From an uncultured Actinomyces sp. (GTDB lineage: Bacteria; Actinomycetota; Actinomycetes; Actinomycetales; Actinomycetaceae), in contig CALISI010000031.1 of the NCBI GenBank assembly GCA_938041695.1, positions 3,987 through 67,986 of the forward strand: a DNA stretch of 64,000 bases, read 5' to 3'. This document shows positions 13,080 to 23,314 of the stretch, one piece after another. The notes under the pieces were generated by a model that did not search any database, was not told where the DNA came from, and was given only the letters and a program-made list of their open reading frames with translations. Position 1 is the stretch's first letter. Every line of letters begins with the position of its first letter. Position numbers and translations under genes: made by a program.

Positions 13080-14075
13080 ATGCCCGACCACACACCCACG
13101 GACGACCGCGATGAGCGCCAGGCCCAGGCCTCGTCGATGAACGAGGAGAACCCTCCCACGGTTCCCGAGGGCATCGCCGTGCGCGACATGATCCGTGTCA
13201 AGTACGAGCCGCGCGCCTCTAACGAAGTCCTTATCATCACCGGCTACTCGGGAGCGGGCCGAACCGGTGCCGCTCGCGCGCTTGAGGACCTGGATTGGTA
13301 CGTCGTCGACAACCTGCCGCCGACCATGCTGCCCGCTCTCGTCGGCATGATGTCGAATGACCCCGCGGCCGGCGTGCACCGCCTGGCGGTCGGCGTAGAC
13401 GTTCGCTCGCGCACCTTCTTCCGCACATTGGACGCCACACTCGAGCAGCTCAAGGGCGCGGGCATCGCCTACCGCATTATCTTTCTCGAGGCCAGCCCCC
13501 AGACCCTCGTGCGCCGCTACGAATCCAACCGTCGTCCCCATCCCCTCCAGGGTGCAGGCACGCTCATGGACGGTATCAAGGCCGAAATGCGTCTTCTTGC
13601 GCCACTGCGCCGCGCCGCCGACGAAGTCATCGACACCTCCACCATGAGTGTCCACGATCTGACCCGGCGTATCCGCGATATCGTGGCGGGGGAGGAGCGC
13701 CCCCTGCAGGTGACGGTCGAGTCGTTCGGTTTCAAGCACGGGCTGCCCCTCGACGCCGATCACGTCGTTGACGTGCGTTTTCTCAAGAACCCGTACTGGG
13801 TGGACGAGCTGCGTCATCTCACGGGCAGGGACCAAGCCGTCGCCGACTACGTGCTCTCTCAGCCGGGCGCACGCGATTTTGCTCTCGGATATGCGGACCT
13901 ACTGGCTCCCATGCTGAGCGGCTATCTGGCAGAATTGAAGCCATTCGTCACGATTGCCGTCGGATGCACGGGCGGAAAGCACCGCTCAGTTGCTTGCTCC
14001 GAGGCGATCGCCAAGCGCCTGCGCACACGCGGATACACGGTTCGCGTGATGCACCGTGACATTGGGAGAGACTGA
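13080..14075 (+). CDS. rapZ: RNase adapter / P-loop nucleotide-binding protein RapZ
   Basis: The P-loop is ITGYSGAGRTG, and the C-terminal motif is CTGGKHRSV. The ATG at 13080 is preceded by CAGGAGGA. The ORF-track start at 12741 lies inside purT. Confidence 0.85.
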   Translation: MPDHTPTDDRDERQAQASSMNEENPPTVPEGIAVRDMIRVKYEPRASNEVLIITGYSGAGRTGAARALEDLDWYVVDNLPPTMLPALVGMMSNDPAAGVHRLAVGVDVRSRTFFRTLDATLEQLKGAGIAYRIIFLEASPQTLVRRYESNRRPHPLQGAGTLMDGIKAEMRLLAPLRRAADEVIDTSTMSVHDLTRRIRDIVAGEERPLQVTVESFGFKHGLPLDADHVVDVRFLKNPYWVDELRHLTGRDQAVADYVLSQPGARDFALGYADLLAPMLSGYLAELKPFVTIAVGCTGGKHRSVACSEAIAKRLRTRGYTVRVMHRDIGRD

Positions 14076-15079
14076 TGCCCTATCTTGATGCAGCCGGCTG
14101 GGTTCAACGTGGAGAATCCGGCCAGAACATCGTCGCCCTGGGCGGCGGACATGGCTTGTCCGCAACCCTGCGGGCTTTGCGCCACATCACCCGCGCGCTC
14201 ACGGCAGTCGTGACTGTCGCCGATGACGGTGGTAGTTCCGGCCGTCTGCGCCAGGAGATGCCGATCCTGCCTCCCGGCGACCTGCGTATGGCGTTGGCGT
14301 CGCTATGTGAGGAATCCGAGTGGGGCTTGACGTGGCGTGACGTCATGCAGCTGCGTCTGGATACGAGCGGCCCGCTCAACGGCCATGCGCTCGGCAACCT
14401 GCTGATTTCTGGCCTGTGGCAGCTCCTCGACGATCCGGTTGAGGGCCTCGACTGGGTTGGTCGGCTCCTCGGGGCACAGGGGCGGGTCCTGCCCATGTCG
14501 ACGACGCCCATTGATATCGAGGCGGACATGAACGACGGTGGACGTCGTTACGTCGTGTCCGGCCAATCGAAGGTTGCTGTCGCCCCCGGTACCGTCGAGC
14601 ACGTGCGCATCACGCCTGAAGCCCCCGAGGTCCCTTCTGCGGTTACCGACGCCATCTCCGAGGCCGATTGGGTCGTGCTGGGCCCCGGCTCCTGGTACAC
14701 GTCGGTCATTCCGCATCTGCTGGTCCCCGACATCAACCGCGCACTCGCAACGACGGACGCGCACCGCGCGCTCGTGCTCAACCTGGCACGCCAACGCGGT
14801 GAAACCGACCTCATGTCGACCGCCGATCACGTGCGTGTCCTGCGCGAGTACGCGCCCATGCTCAAGCTCGACGTCGTCGTGGCTGACCCCACGGCATGCG
14901 ATGATATCGATGACCTGATCGTCGCTGCCGAGGAGCTCGGCGCGCGCGTTCTCCTGCGCCAGGTCCGCACGGGTGACGGGGCTCCGCACCACGACCCGCT
15001 GCGCCTTGCCGCAGCATTGCGTGACGCATTCGACGGCTTCCTTGGTGAGGTCGGACAGCCTGAAACGTGGTTACCTTAG
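14075..15079 (+). CDS. yvcK: YvcK/CofD-like gluconeogenesis factor (UPF0052)
   Basis: IVALGGGHGLSATLRAL...VADDGGSSGRLR. It sits in the conserved rapZ-yvcK-whiA order and overlaps the rapZ stop by 1 nt. Confidence 0.85.
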   Translation: MPYLDAAGWVQRGESGQNIVALGGGHGLSATLRALRHITRALTAVVTVADDGGSSGRLRQEMPILPPGDLRMALASLCEESEWGLTWRDVMQLRLDTSGPLNGHALGNLLISGLWQLLDDPVEGLDWVGRLLGAQGRVLPMSTTPIDIEADMNDGGRRYVVSGQSKVAVAPGTVEHVRITPEAPEVPSAVTDAISEADWVVLGPGSWYTSVIPHLLVPDINRALATTDAHRALVLNLARQRGETDLMSTADHVRVLREYAPMLKLDVVVADPTACDDIDDLIVAAEELGARVLLRQVRTGDGAPHHDPLRLAAALRDAFDGFLGEVGQPETWLP

Positions 15080-15125
15080 AAGCTGTTGCCTGTTGACAAA
15101 CGACTTCACCCTCTAGGAAGAACCC

Positions 15126-16109
15126 GTGTCTCTGACATCTGACATGAAGGACGAGCTCGCGCGCGCCGTCATCACGACGCCGTCGGAGGTGGCCGCCGAG
15201 GTGAGCGCGACCCTGCGTTTCGCGGGCGGTCTGCACCTCGTGGGCGGTCGCATTCTCGTCGAGGCTGAGCTCGACTCGCCCGTCGCTGCGCGGCGCCTGC
15301 GCACCTACCTGCAGGCGCTGTACAACGCTGAATCCTCCGTCGTCGTCGTGTCCGGATCATCCCTGCGACGCGGCAAGCGCTACGTTGTGCGAGTTGTCCA
15401 CAAGGCTGACGAGCTCGCTCGCCTGACCGGTCTTGTTGATTCACTGCGCCGTCCTATTCGCGGTCTGCCCCCCGTACTCGTCGCCTCGGGGACGGCCGAG
15501 GCTGCGGCGATTTGGCGCGGTGCGTTCCTCGCCCGCGGCTCGCTCATGGAACCCGGACGTTCCTCCTCGCTTGAGATCACCTGTCCTGGTCCCGAGGTGG
15601 CACTCGCCATGGTGGGATGCGCGCGCAAGCTCGGCGCGGCCGCGCGCTCGAAGGAGGTGCGCGGTACTGATCGTGTGTCCGTGCGTGACTCTGATGCGAT
15701 CGGCACGCTGATTTCCGCGATGGGTGCACCCCAGACCTTCGAGGCCTGGCAGGAGCGACGCGAGCGCCGCGAGGCGCGGGGCAGCGCCAACCGACTGGCT
15801 AACTTTGACGATGCGAATCTGCGCCGCTCCGCGCGTGCCGCCGTCGCAGCCGGTGCGCGCGTCGAGCGTGCCTTCGAGATCCTCGGTGACGACGTGCCTG
15901 CCCACCTCCTCGAGGCAGGTACCCTGCGACTAAAGTACAAGCAGGCGTCCCTCGAAGAACTCGGCAAGCACACGAATCCGCCGCTCACCAAGGATGCCGT
16001 TGCCGGGCGAATCCGCCGACTCCTGGCCCTTGCCGACAAGGTCGCACACGAACGAGGCATCCCGGACACCGAATCTGCACTCACCCTCGACATGCTCGAT
16101 GAGGACTGA
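15126..16109 (+). CDS. whiA: DNA-binding protein WhiA
   Basis: 327 aa with a GTG start. [13 protein letters not shown]... begins a LAGLIDADG-like region, followed by a C-terminal HTH ([15 protein letters not shown]). The synteny is conserved. Confidence 0.9.
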   Translation: MSLTSDMKDELARAVITTPSEVAAEVSATLRFAGGLHLVGGRILVEAELDSPVAARRLRTYLQALYNAESSVVVVSGSSLRRGKRYVVRVVHKADELARLTGLVDSLRRPIRGLPPVLVASGTAEAAAIWRGAFLARGSLMEPGRSSSLEITCPGPEVALAMVGCARKLGAAARSKEVRGTDRVSVRDSDAIGTLISAMGAPQTFEAWQERRERREARGSANRLANFDDANLRRSARAAVAAGARVERAFEILGDDVPAHLLEAGTLRLKYKQASLEELGKHTNPPLTKDAVAGRIRRLLALADKVAHERGIPDTESALTLDMLDED

Positions 16110-16212
16110 GGTCCCTGGTTCCTGCTACAACGTCTCGATTCAAACGAGAATTACCCCACGTGCAGATTTTCAAATTGGATTGTGACAGAGCACGCTCTGG
16201 GGTGTAGATTAG

Positions 16213-17322
<1,110 letters not shown>

Positions 17323-17358
17323 GCACACAGCTGATATACCAGCCATGAGCTGATCAGC

Positions 17359-17392
17359 GAGATGCCCGTGCACGCTCGTGCACGGGCATCTC
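17359..17392 (+). promoter_or_regulatory. intercistronic stem-loop between gap and pgk (16-nt inverted arms)
   Basis: GAGATGCCCGTGCACG-ct-CGTGCACGGGCATCTC, 37 nt after the gap stop and 38 nt before the pgk GTG. There is no T-tract. Confidence 0.55.
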
Positions 17393-17429
17393 GTACAGCG
17401 CCACCGCCTTCACACCGAAAGGACTCCTC

Positions 17430-18620
17430 GTGAGGACTATCTCCACTCTGGGCGACCTGCGCGGCAAGCGCGTCCTCGTCCGCTCCGACTTCAACGTTCC
17501 GCTCAAGGATGGCGTCATCACCGATGATGGCCGTATCCGTGCGGCTCTGCCGACCCTCAAGACCCTCACCGACGCCGGTGCCAAGGTCGTCATCATGGCT
17601 CACCTCGGCCGCCCCAAGGGCAAGGTCGATCCCGCCTTCTCGCTGGCCCCCGTCGCCAAGCGCCTTGCTGAACTCTCCGGCGTGAAGGTCACGCTGGCTT
17701 CCGACGTCGTCGGCCCCTCCGCTGCTGAGACCGTCGCCGCTCTGGGGGATGGCGAGATCGCGCTGCTCGAGAACGTCCGTTTCGATCCCCGCGAGACCTC
17801 CAAGGTCGACGAGGAGCGCGAAGAGCTTGCCCGCGAGTACGCCAAGCTCGGCGACGCGTTCGTCTCCGACGGCTTCGGTGTCGTGCACCGCAAGCAGGCT
17901 TCGGTCTACGACATTGCGAAGCTGCTGCCCTCGGCCGCTGGCCTGCTCGTCCTCAAGGAGATCGAGTCCCTGTCCAAGGTGACCGGCGACCCCGAGCGCC
18001 CCTACGGCGTCGTCCTCGGCGGCTCCAAGGTCTCCGACAAGCTCGGCGTTATCGCCAACCTGCTGAAGAAGGCCGACATGCTCTTCATCGGCGGTGGCAT
18101 GGTCTTCACCTTCCTCGCCGCTCAGGGCTACTCGGTGGGCAAGTCCCTCCTCGAGGAAGACCAGATCGACACCGTCAAGGACTACATCGCCGAGGCCGCC
18201 GAGCGCGGTGTTGACCTCGTCCTGCCCGTCGACGTCATCGTCGCCCCCGAATTCGCGGCAGACGCGCCCGCGACCGTCGTCAAGGTCGACGCTATTCCAG
18301 ATGACCAGATGGGTCTGGACATCGGCCCCGAGTCCGCGAAGCTCTTCGCTGACAAGCTCGCGACCGCCAAGACCGTCGCCTGGAACGGCCCCATGGGCGT
18401 CTTCGAATTCGACGCGTTCGCCGGTGGCACTCGCGCCGTCGCCGAAGCCCTGTCCAAGGGCTCCATGTTCTCCGTCATCGGCGGCGGCGACTCCGCCGCA
18501 GCCGTGCGCCTGCTCGGCTTCGACGAGAACACCTTCTCCCACATTTCCACTGGTGGTGGCGCCTCCCTCGAACTCCTCGAGGGCAAGGTTCTGCCCGGTA
18601 TCGCAGTTCTGGAGGACTGA
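17430..18620 (+). CDS. pgk: phosphoglycerate kinase
   Basis: 396 aa. [11 protein letters not shown]... and GGGDSAAA are typical PGK. GAAAGGA lies before the GTG. Confidence 0.96.
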   Translation: MRTISTLGDLRGKRVLVRSDFNVPLKDGVITDDGRIRAALPTLKTLTDAGAKVVIMAHLGRPKGKVDPAFSLAPVAKRLAELSGVKVTLASDVVGPSAAETVAALGDGEIALLENVRFDPRETSKVDEEREELAREYAKLGDAFVSDGFGVVHRKQASVYDIAKLLPSAAGLLVLKEIESLSKVTGDPERPYGVVLGGSKVSDKLGVIANLLKKADMLFIGGGMVFTFLAAQGYSVGKSLLEEDQIDTVKDYIAEAAERGVDLVLPVDVIVAPEFAADAPATVVKVDAIPDDQMGLDIGPESAKLFADKLATAKTVAWNGPMGVFEFDAFAGGTRAVAEALSKGSMFSVIGGGDSAAAVRLLGFDENTFSHISTGGGASLELLEGKVLPGIAVLED

Positions 18621-18623
18621 CTC

Positions 18624-19400
18624 ATGGCACGTACTCCCCTCATGGCCGGCAACTGGAAGATGAACCTCGATCACCTCGAGGCCAATCACCTCGTCCAGGG
18701 CCTGGCAATGGCACTGTCCGACGCTGGTCACGACTACTCCAAGTGCGAGGTCCTCGTGATCCCGCCGTTCACCGACATCCGCACGGTCCAGACCATCGTC
18801 GATGCCGATGATCTCCAGATCAAGTACGGCGCCCAGGACGTTTCCATCCACGACAACGGCGCCTACACCGGTGAAATCTCCACCGAGATGCTCACCAAGC
18901 TCGGCGTCACCTACGTGGTCATGGGCCACTCCGAGCGCCGCGAGTACCACGGTGAGTCCGACGAGCTCGTCGGCGCCAAGGCCCGCAAGGTCTTCGACGC
19001 TGGTATGACCCCGATCCTGTGCTGCGGCGAAGCCATCGAGATCCGCAAGGCCGGCACCTACGTCGACTTCGTTCTCGGCCAGATCCGCGCCGCGCTCGCC
19101 GGCTGGAAGGCCGAAGAGGTCGCCAAGATCGTCATCGCCTACGAGCCCATCTGGGCCATCGGCACCGGGGAGACGGCCTCCGCCGAGGACGCTCAGGAAG
19201 TGTGCGGCGCCATCCGCGCCGCCCTGGCCGAGGACTTCGGCGCCGAGACCGCCGAGTCCACCCGCATCCTCTACGGCGGCTCCGCCAAGCCCGGCAACAT
19301 CAAGGAGCTCATGGCTCAGCCCGACGTCGACGGCGGTCTCGTCGGCGGCGCGTCCCTGAAGGCTGATTCCTTCGCCGCCATGGCGAACTTCTACGCCTGA
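18624..19400 (+). CDS. tpiA: triose-phosphate isomerase
   Basis: 258 aa with AGNWKMN, GHSERR and [11 protein letters not shown]. Confidence 0.96.
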   Translation: MARTPLMAGNWKMNLDHLEANHLVQGLAMALSDAGHDYSKCEVLVIPPFTDIRTVQTIVDADDLQIKYGAQDVSIHDNGAYTGEISTEMLTKLGVTYVVMGHSERREYHGESDELVGAKARKVFDAGMTPILCCGEAIEIRKAGTYVDFVLGQIRAALAGWKAEEVAKIVIAYEPIWAIGTGETASAEDAQEVCGAIRAALAEDFGAETAESTRILYGGSAKPGNIKELMAQPDVDGGLVGGASLKADSFAAMANFYA

Positions 19401-19457
19401 GCAACGCTCACACGCCCGTGACACCCGGCCAGTCGAGCTGGGGCGGAGCGGACGCGA

Positions 19458-19491
19458 GATGGGGCCAACCGGTGCGCCGGTTGGCCCCATC
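19458..19491 (+). terminator. hairpin after tpiA (15-bp perfect stem)
   Basis: GATGGGGCCAACCGG-tgcg-CCGGTTGGCCCCATC. It is followed by an AT-rich stretch (ttaatataagactatat) that could hold the secG promoter. Confidence 0.7.
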
Positions 19492-19562
19492 GGCATTCTC
19501 AGTTAATATAAGACTATATGTGCCCCGACTTGGGGCGACCTGCGATAGAAACTGGACCCACC

Positions 19563-19808
19563 GTGACCATTCTGAACAACGTGCTGATTGGGCTGATCTT
19601 CGTGACCAGCATCCTGCTCACCCTGACCATCCTGATGCACAAAGGACAGGGCGGCGGCCTGTCGGACATGTTCGGTGGCGGCATCTCCTCGTCGGCAGGG
19701 TCCTCCGGTGTCGCCGAGCGTAACCTGAACCGCATCACCATGGGCACTCTGTTCATCTGGGTGGTGTGCATCATCGGTTTCGTCCTGCTTGGAAAGTTTG
19801 GTGGCTGA
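19563..19808 (+). CDS. secG: preprotein translocase subunit SecG
   Basis: It has two TM helices flanking a Gly-rich loop (HKGQGGGLSDMFGGG). I prefer the GTG at 19563 to the ORF-track start at 19518. Confidence 0.85.
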   Translation: MTILNNVLIGLIFVTSILLTLTILMHKGQGGGLSDMFGGGISSSAGSSGVAERNLNRITMGTLFIWVVCIIGFVLLGKFGG

Positions 19809-19882
19809 TCGGTACCGATCATCATCGAGCTGTGGCTCTCCGCTGATGAGCGGGGAGTCATTTTGTACCCTGGAAAGAGGCT

Positions 19883-19915
19883 GTGGGGCCGCCTTCGTCA
19901 CGAAGGCCGCCCCAC
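19883..19915. terminator. hairpin between convergent secG and pgl (15-bp stem, one C-C mismatch)
   Basis: GTGGGGCCGCCTTCG-tca-CGAAGGCCGCCCCAC. Confidence 0.5.
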
Positions 19916-19935
19916 ACAAAGTAGAGGTGGTGTTT

Positions 19936-20679
19936 CTACCCGAGGCCCAGTCGCGAGGCCGCTGCCTCGTCCACGTAGACTCGCGTCGTTGGGGAGAGGA
20001 TCCCCGCAACGGGAAGGTCGAGGGGCGACTCGCCGGCAAAAGCGCGTCCGAGCGCTTCTGCCTTTGCCGAACCAGCGGTCGTGAGCCACACCTCTGGGCA
20101 GCGGCGCATGATAGGCATCGATACGGTGATGCGCTCGGGCGGCGGCTTGGGCGAGTTGCGAATCGCCAGGATGGGGGAGGCCTCGTCCATGTCGACGCGT
20201 CCGGGGAAGAGCGAGCAGATGTGTCCGTCGGGACCCATCCCGATCAGCGCGATATCGAAGGATCGATCGCCCATGAGCGAGCGCCAGGTGTCTGCGAATG
20301 CAGCGGTGGCATCGTCAAGAGAACCAGCGCCGGGTGCTGAGGTATCGGCGCTGGGCATACGCACGAACTCCACGCCTGATGCAGCATAGAGGAATCCATC
20401 CCACGCCTGGTCATCGTTGCGGTCTTTATCTCCGGCCGGAACATAGCGTTCATCCACCAGCCACACGCGAACGCGCGACCAGTCAACCTGGTCGACGCAC
20501 GGTAGCAGAGACGGCAGAAGGGACGTGGTGATCGCGCCGCCGGAAATGGCTACGTTGATGCGCACGTCCGTCCCGGCCTCGTTGATGAGCGCACGCAGGC
20601 GCTCAAAGAATGCGCGTCCAACGGCTGCGTTCAGCTCGTCAACGGTTGGAAAAACCTCAAGCGTGTGAACGGAGACCAT
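19936..20679 (-). CDS. pgl: 6-phosphogluconolactonase
   Basis: 247 aa. ISGGAITT...WLVDERYVP...GMGPDGHICSLFPG is DevB/Pgl-like. It lies downstream of opcA. Confidence 0.9.
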   Translation of the reverse strand: MVSVHTLEVFPTVDELNAAVGRAFFERLRALINEAGTDVRINVAISGGAITTSLLPSLLPCVDQVDWSRVRVWLVDERYVPAGDKDRNDDQAWDGFLYAASGVEFVRMPSADTSAPGAGSLDDATAAFADTWRSLMGDRSFDIALIGMGPDGHICSLFPGRVDMDEASPILAIRNSPKPPPERITVSMPIMRRCPEVWLTTAGSAKAEALGRAFAGESPLDLPVAGILSPTTRVYVDEAAASRLGLG

Positions 20680-20680
20680 A

Positions 20681-21622
20681 TCACTCGCCTTCGGAGGTGA
20701 GGGCGAGCCGTGGCAGTTCTTCCGTGAGGAGTTCCCCGTAGTAGACGTCTGGATCGAGACGACGCAGATCCTCCATGAGTGAGTCCTGAACGGAACGGCG
20801 TGCCAGGTTCACGCTACGGTCCTCGAGGCCGGGACGCGATAGGCAAGCCACCGACGAGGAAGCACTGCGCGACAGAGACACGGTCGTGTCATCGTCAAAG
20901 AAGAACGTGATGTCCGTGATCGTGAGCGCGTCGTTGTCGACAACACGCTCGACTGGCACGCCCAGCTGGTGGTGCAGCCACGCGGCGACTAGGAACGGCG
21001 ACGGATGTGTGGCGTTTCCTGCGACGCGGATTGAGGCTGGTAGACGGTCGAAGTCTTCCGCGATCGCGGCCAGGAGCGCACGCCACAGGGTGACGCCCGC
21101 CCATGCCAGATCGATGTCGCCGGGGGTGTACACGGTCGACAGAGCCGACAGCGTCTCCATCGGGCATTCGGTTGCACGCGAATCGGTGATGCGCTTGACC
21201 GCCAGGCGGCCGAGCGGATGGGCACCAGGATTCTGCGGTGGGACCACCGGCCAGTAAGTGACGACAGGAGTGTCGGACTGGAGCAGAGGCATGACGAGCG
21301 AATCGATGTTGGATGCTGCCTCGCCGCGGGGCTCTAGGATGATGATGTCGGACAGACCCGCTGCGTCGCCGACGCGAATCTGGGCGTTGAGGCGTGCGGT
21401 ACCTTCGGTGGATTCGGGTTCGACGATGACGATGACGCGGCAGGGGTGCTCGCGCGAGACCGCGTCGGAAACCTCGATTGCGTTGTCGACGTCGATCAGG
21501 TCGGGCACGCAGATGAGGAGCGTGAGAACGCGGCTGAGGGCCGCAGCGCCACGTTCGTCACGCAGCTCGACGATGCGGGATGCGACCTCGGCGGACGTGG
21601 TGTTCTTCAGGGTGATGATCAC
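20681..21622 (-). CDS. opcA: glucose-6-phosphate dehydrogenase assembly protein OpcA
   Basis: It occupies the conserved position between zwf and pgl. I set the start at GTG 21622 (VIITLKNTT), which overlaps the zwf stop as GTGA. Confidence 0.82.
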   Translation of the reverse strand: MIITLKNTTSAEVASRIVELRDERGAAALSRVLTLLICVPDLIDVDNAIEVSDAVSREHPCRVIVIVEPESTEGTARLNAQIRVGDAAGLSDIIILEPRGEAASNIDSLVMPLLQSDTPVVTYWPVVPPQNPGAHPLGRLAVKRITDSRATECPMETLSALSTVYTPGDIDLAWAGVTLWRALLAAIAEDFDRLPASIRVAGNATHPSPFLVAAWLHHQLGVPVERVVDNDALTITDITFFFDDDTTVSLSRSASSSVACLSRPGLEDRSVNLARRSVQDSLMEDLRRLDPDVYYGELLTEELPRLALTSEGE

Positions 21623-23145
21623 GGGAGCCTCCAGAAACGGCCATCGCGGGCCAACATGTCGTGCGCGGATTGGGGACCCCAGGCGCCGGGGGCGTAGGGC
21701 TCGGGCTGTCCCTGGCTCTCCCAGAAGGAGAGGATCGGATCGAGGATCTTCCACGAGGCCTCGACCTCGTGCTGGTGCGGGAACAGGGGCGCGGAACCGA
21801 CGAGCGCATCGAGGATGAGGCGCTCATACGCCTCGGGGGAGTCCTCGGTAAACGCGTGACCGTAGGCGAAGTCCATGGTGACATCACGCACCTGCATCGA
21901 GGTGCCCGGGACCTTGGCGCCGAGCTTGAGGGTCAGGCCCTCGTCCGGCTGGACGCGGATGACGAGTGCGTTTTGAGCGTATTCGCTGAGCGCAGAGTTG
22001 CCGAACGGTACGTGGGCCGAGCGCTTGAAGATCACGGCGATCTCGGTCACGCGCTTGCCCAAGCGCTTGCCTGCGCGCAGATAGAACGGCACGCCAGCCC
22101 AACGCCGCGTGTCGACGAAAAGCTTGATCGCTGCGAATGTCTCCGTGGTCGAATCGGCGGGGATACCGTCCTCCTCGAGGTAACCGCGTACACGGTCGCC
22201 TCCCTGCCAACCGCCCGCGTACTGGCCGCGTGCCGTGTCGACAGCCAGGTCGTCGGGCAGGCGGACGGCAGAGAGAACCTTCTCCTTCTCGGTGCGGATC
22301 TCCTCGGGCGTGAACCGTACGGGTTCCTCCATGGCAGTGAGTGCCATGAGCTGCAGCAGGTGGTTCTGGATAATGTCGCGCGCTGCGCCGATGCCGTCGT
22401 AGTAGCCAGCGCGCGTGCCGATGCCGATGTCCTCCGCCATCGTGATCTGGACGGAGTCGACGTAGTTTGCCTTCCACAGCGGCTCGAACATGGCGTTCGC
22501 AAAGCGCATGGCCATGATATTCTGGACCGTTTCCTTGCCCAGGTAGTGGTCAATGCGGAAGACATCCTGCTCATCGAAGATCTGCGAGATCACGTCGGAA
22601 AGCTCGCGCGCCGACTCGAGGTCGTGTCCGAAAGGCTTCTCGATGATGACGCGTCGCCATTCGCGACCCTGTCGCTTGTTGAGGCCCGTGTCCGACAGGT
22701 GCTTGGCGACGACCGGGAAGTACGACGGAGGAATGGACAGATAGAAGGCGTGGTTGCCGCCGGTGCCGCGTGAGTGGTCGAGTTCGGCGACGGTCTGCGC
22801 GAGGCGGCGGTAGGCTTCCGGATCGTCGAAGGTACCGGAGACGAAGCGCAGTCCGGAGCGCAGTTGGTTCCACGTGCCCTCGTTAAAACCGGTGCGTGTG
22901 TGCGCCTCGATGGATGCGCGCACGTATTCCTCGAAGTCCTGAGGGCTCCAGTCGCGGCGCGCGAAGCCGGTGAGCGAAAACGCGGGGTGGAGCAGACCAC
23001 GGTTGGCGAGGTCGTAGATCGCGGGGAGCAACTTCTTACGGGCGAGGTCACCGGTGATACCGAAGATGACGAGGCCGCAGGGCGGTGAGATACGCGGAAG
23101 CCTGCGGTCCTGGGGATCGCGCAGGGTGGGGATCTCGTTGGTCAC
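21619..23145 (-). CDS. zwf: glucose-6-phosphate dehydrogenase
   Basis: FGITGDLARKKL, RIDHYLGKE and EKPFG are present. The start is uncertain: GTG 23145 has GGAGCG upstream, while the ORF-track start is 23241. Confidence 0.92.
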   Translation of the reverse strand: MTNEIPTLRDPQDRRLPRISPPCGLVIFGITGDLARKKLLPAIYDLANRGLLHPAFSLTGFARRDWSPQDFEEYVRASIEAHTRTGFNEGTWNQLRSGLRFVSGTFDDPEAYRRLAQTVAELDHSRGTGGNHAFYLSIPPSYFPVVAKHLSDTGLNKRQGREWRRVIIEKPFGHDLESARELSDVISQIFDEQDVFRIDHYLGKETVQNIMAMRFANAMFEPLWKANYVDSVQITMAEDIGIGTRAGYYDGIGAARDIIQNHLLQLMALTAMEEPVRFTPEEIRTEKEKVLSAVRLPDDLAVDTARGQYAGGWQGGDRVRGYLEEDGIPADSTTETFAAIKLFVDTRRWAGVPFYLRAGKRLGKRVTEIAVIFKRSAHVPFGNSALSEYAQNALVIRVQPDEGLTLKLGAKVPGTSMQVRDVTMDFAYGHAFTEDSPEAYERLILDALVGSAPLFPHQHEVEASWKILDPILSFWESQGQPEPYAPGAWGPQSAHDMLARDGRFWRLP

Positions 23146-23254
23146 GAGTGGTCGCTCCGTTCGCTCAGGGGGTTGGGACGAGGCCGGGGCCCGAACGCTG
23201 CGCCCGTTGGGTGAGCGAAGCGGGACCGAGGACCCACACATGTCTACGAGAATA

Positions 23255-23288
23255 GGGCTGCTGGCACGCCCTCGCGCGCCAGCAGCCC
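23255..23288 (-). terminator. hairpin between tkt and zwf (11-bp perfect stem, 12-nt loop)
   Basis: GGGCTGCTGGC-acgccctcgcgc-GCCAGCAGCCC, downstream of the tkt stop. Confidence 0.5.
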
Positions 23289-23314
23289 CATGTTCAGTTC
23301 AGTTGACTAAAAAG

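Noticed and set aside
19806-19821. A perfect 16-bp palindrome TGATCGGTACCGATCA overlaps the secG stop codon.
   Set aside because: About two perfect 8+8 palindromes are expected by chance in a window of this size and composition. It has no partner site and no obvious regulatory context.
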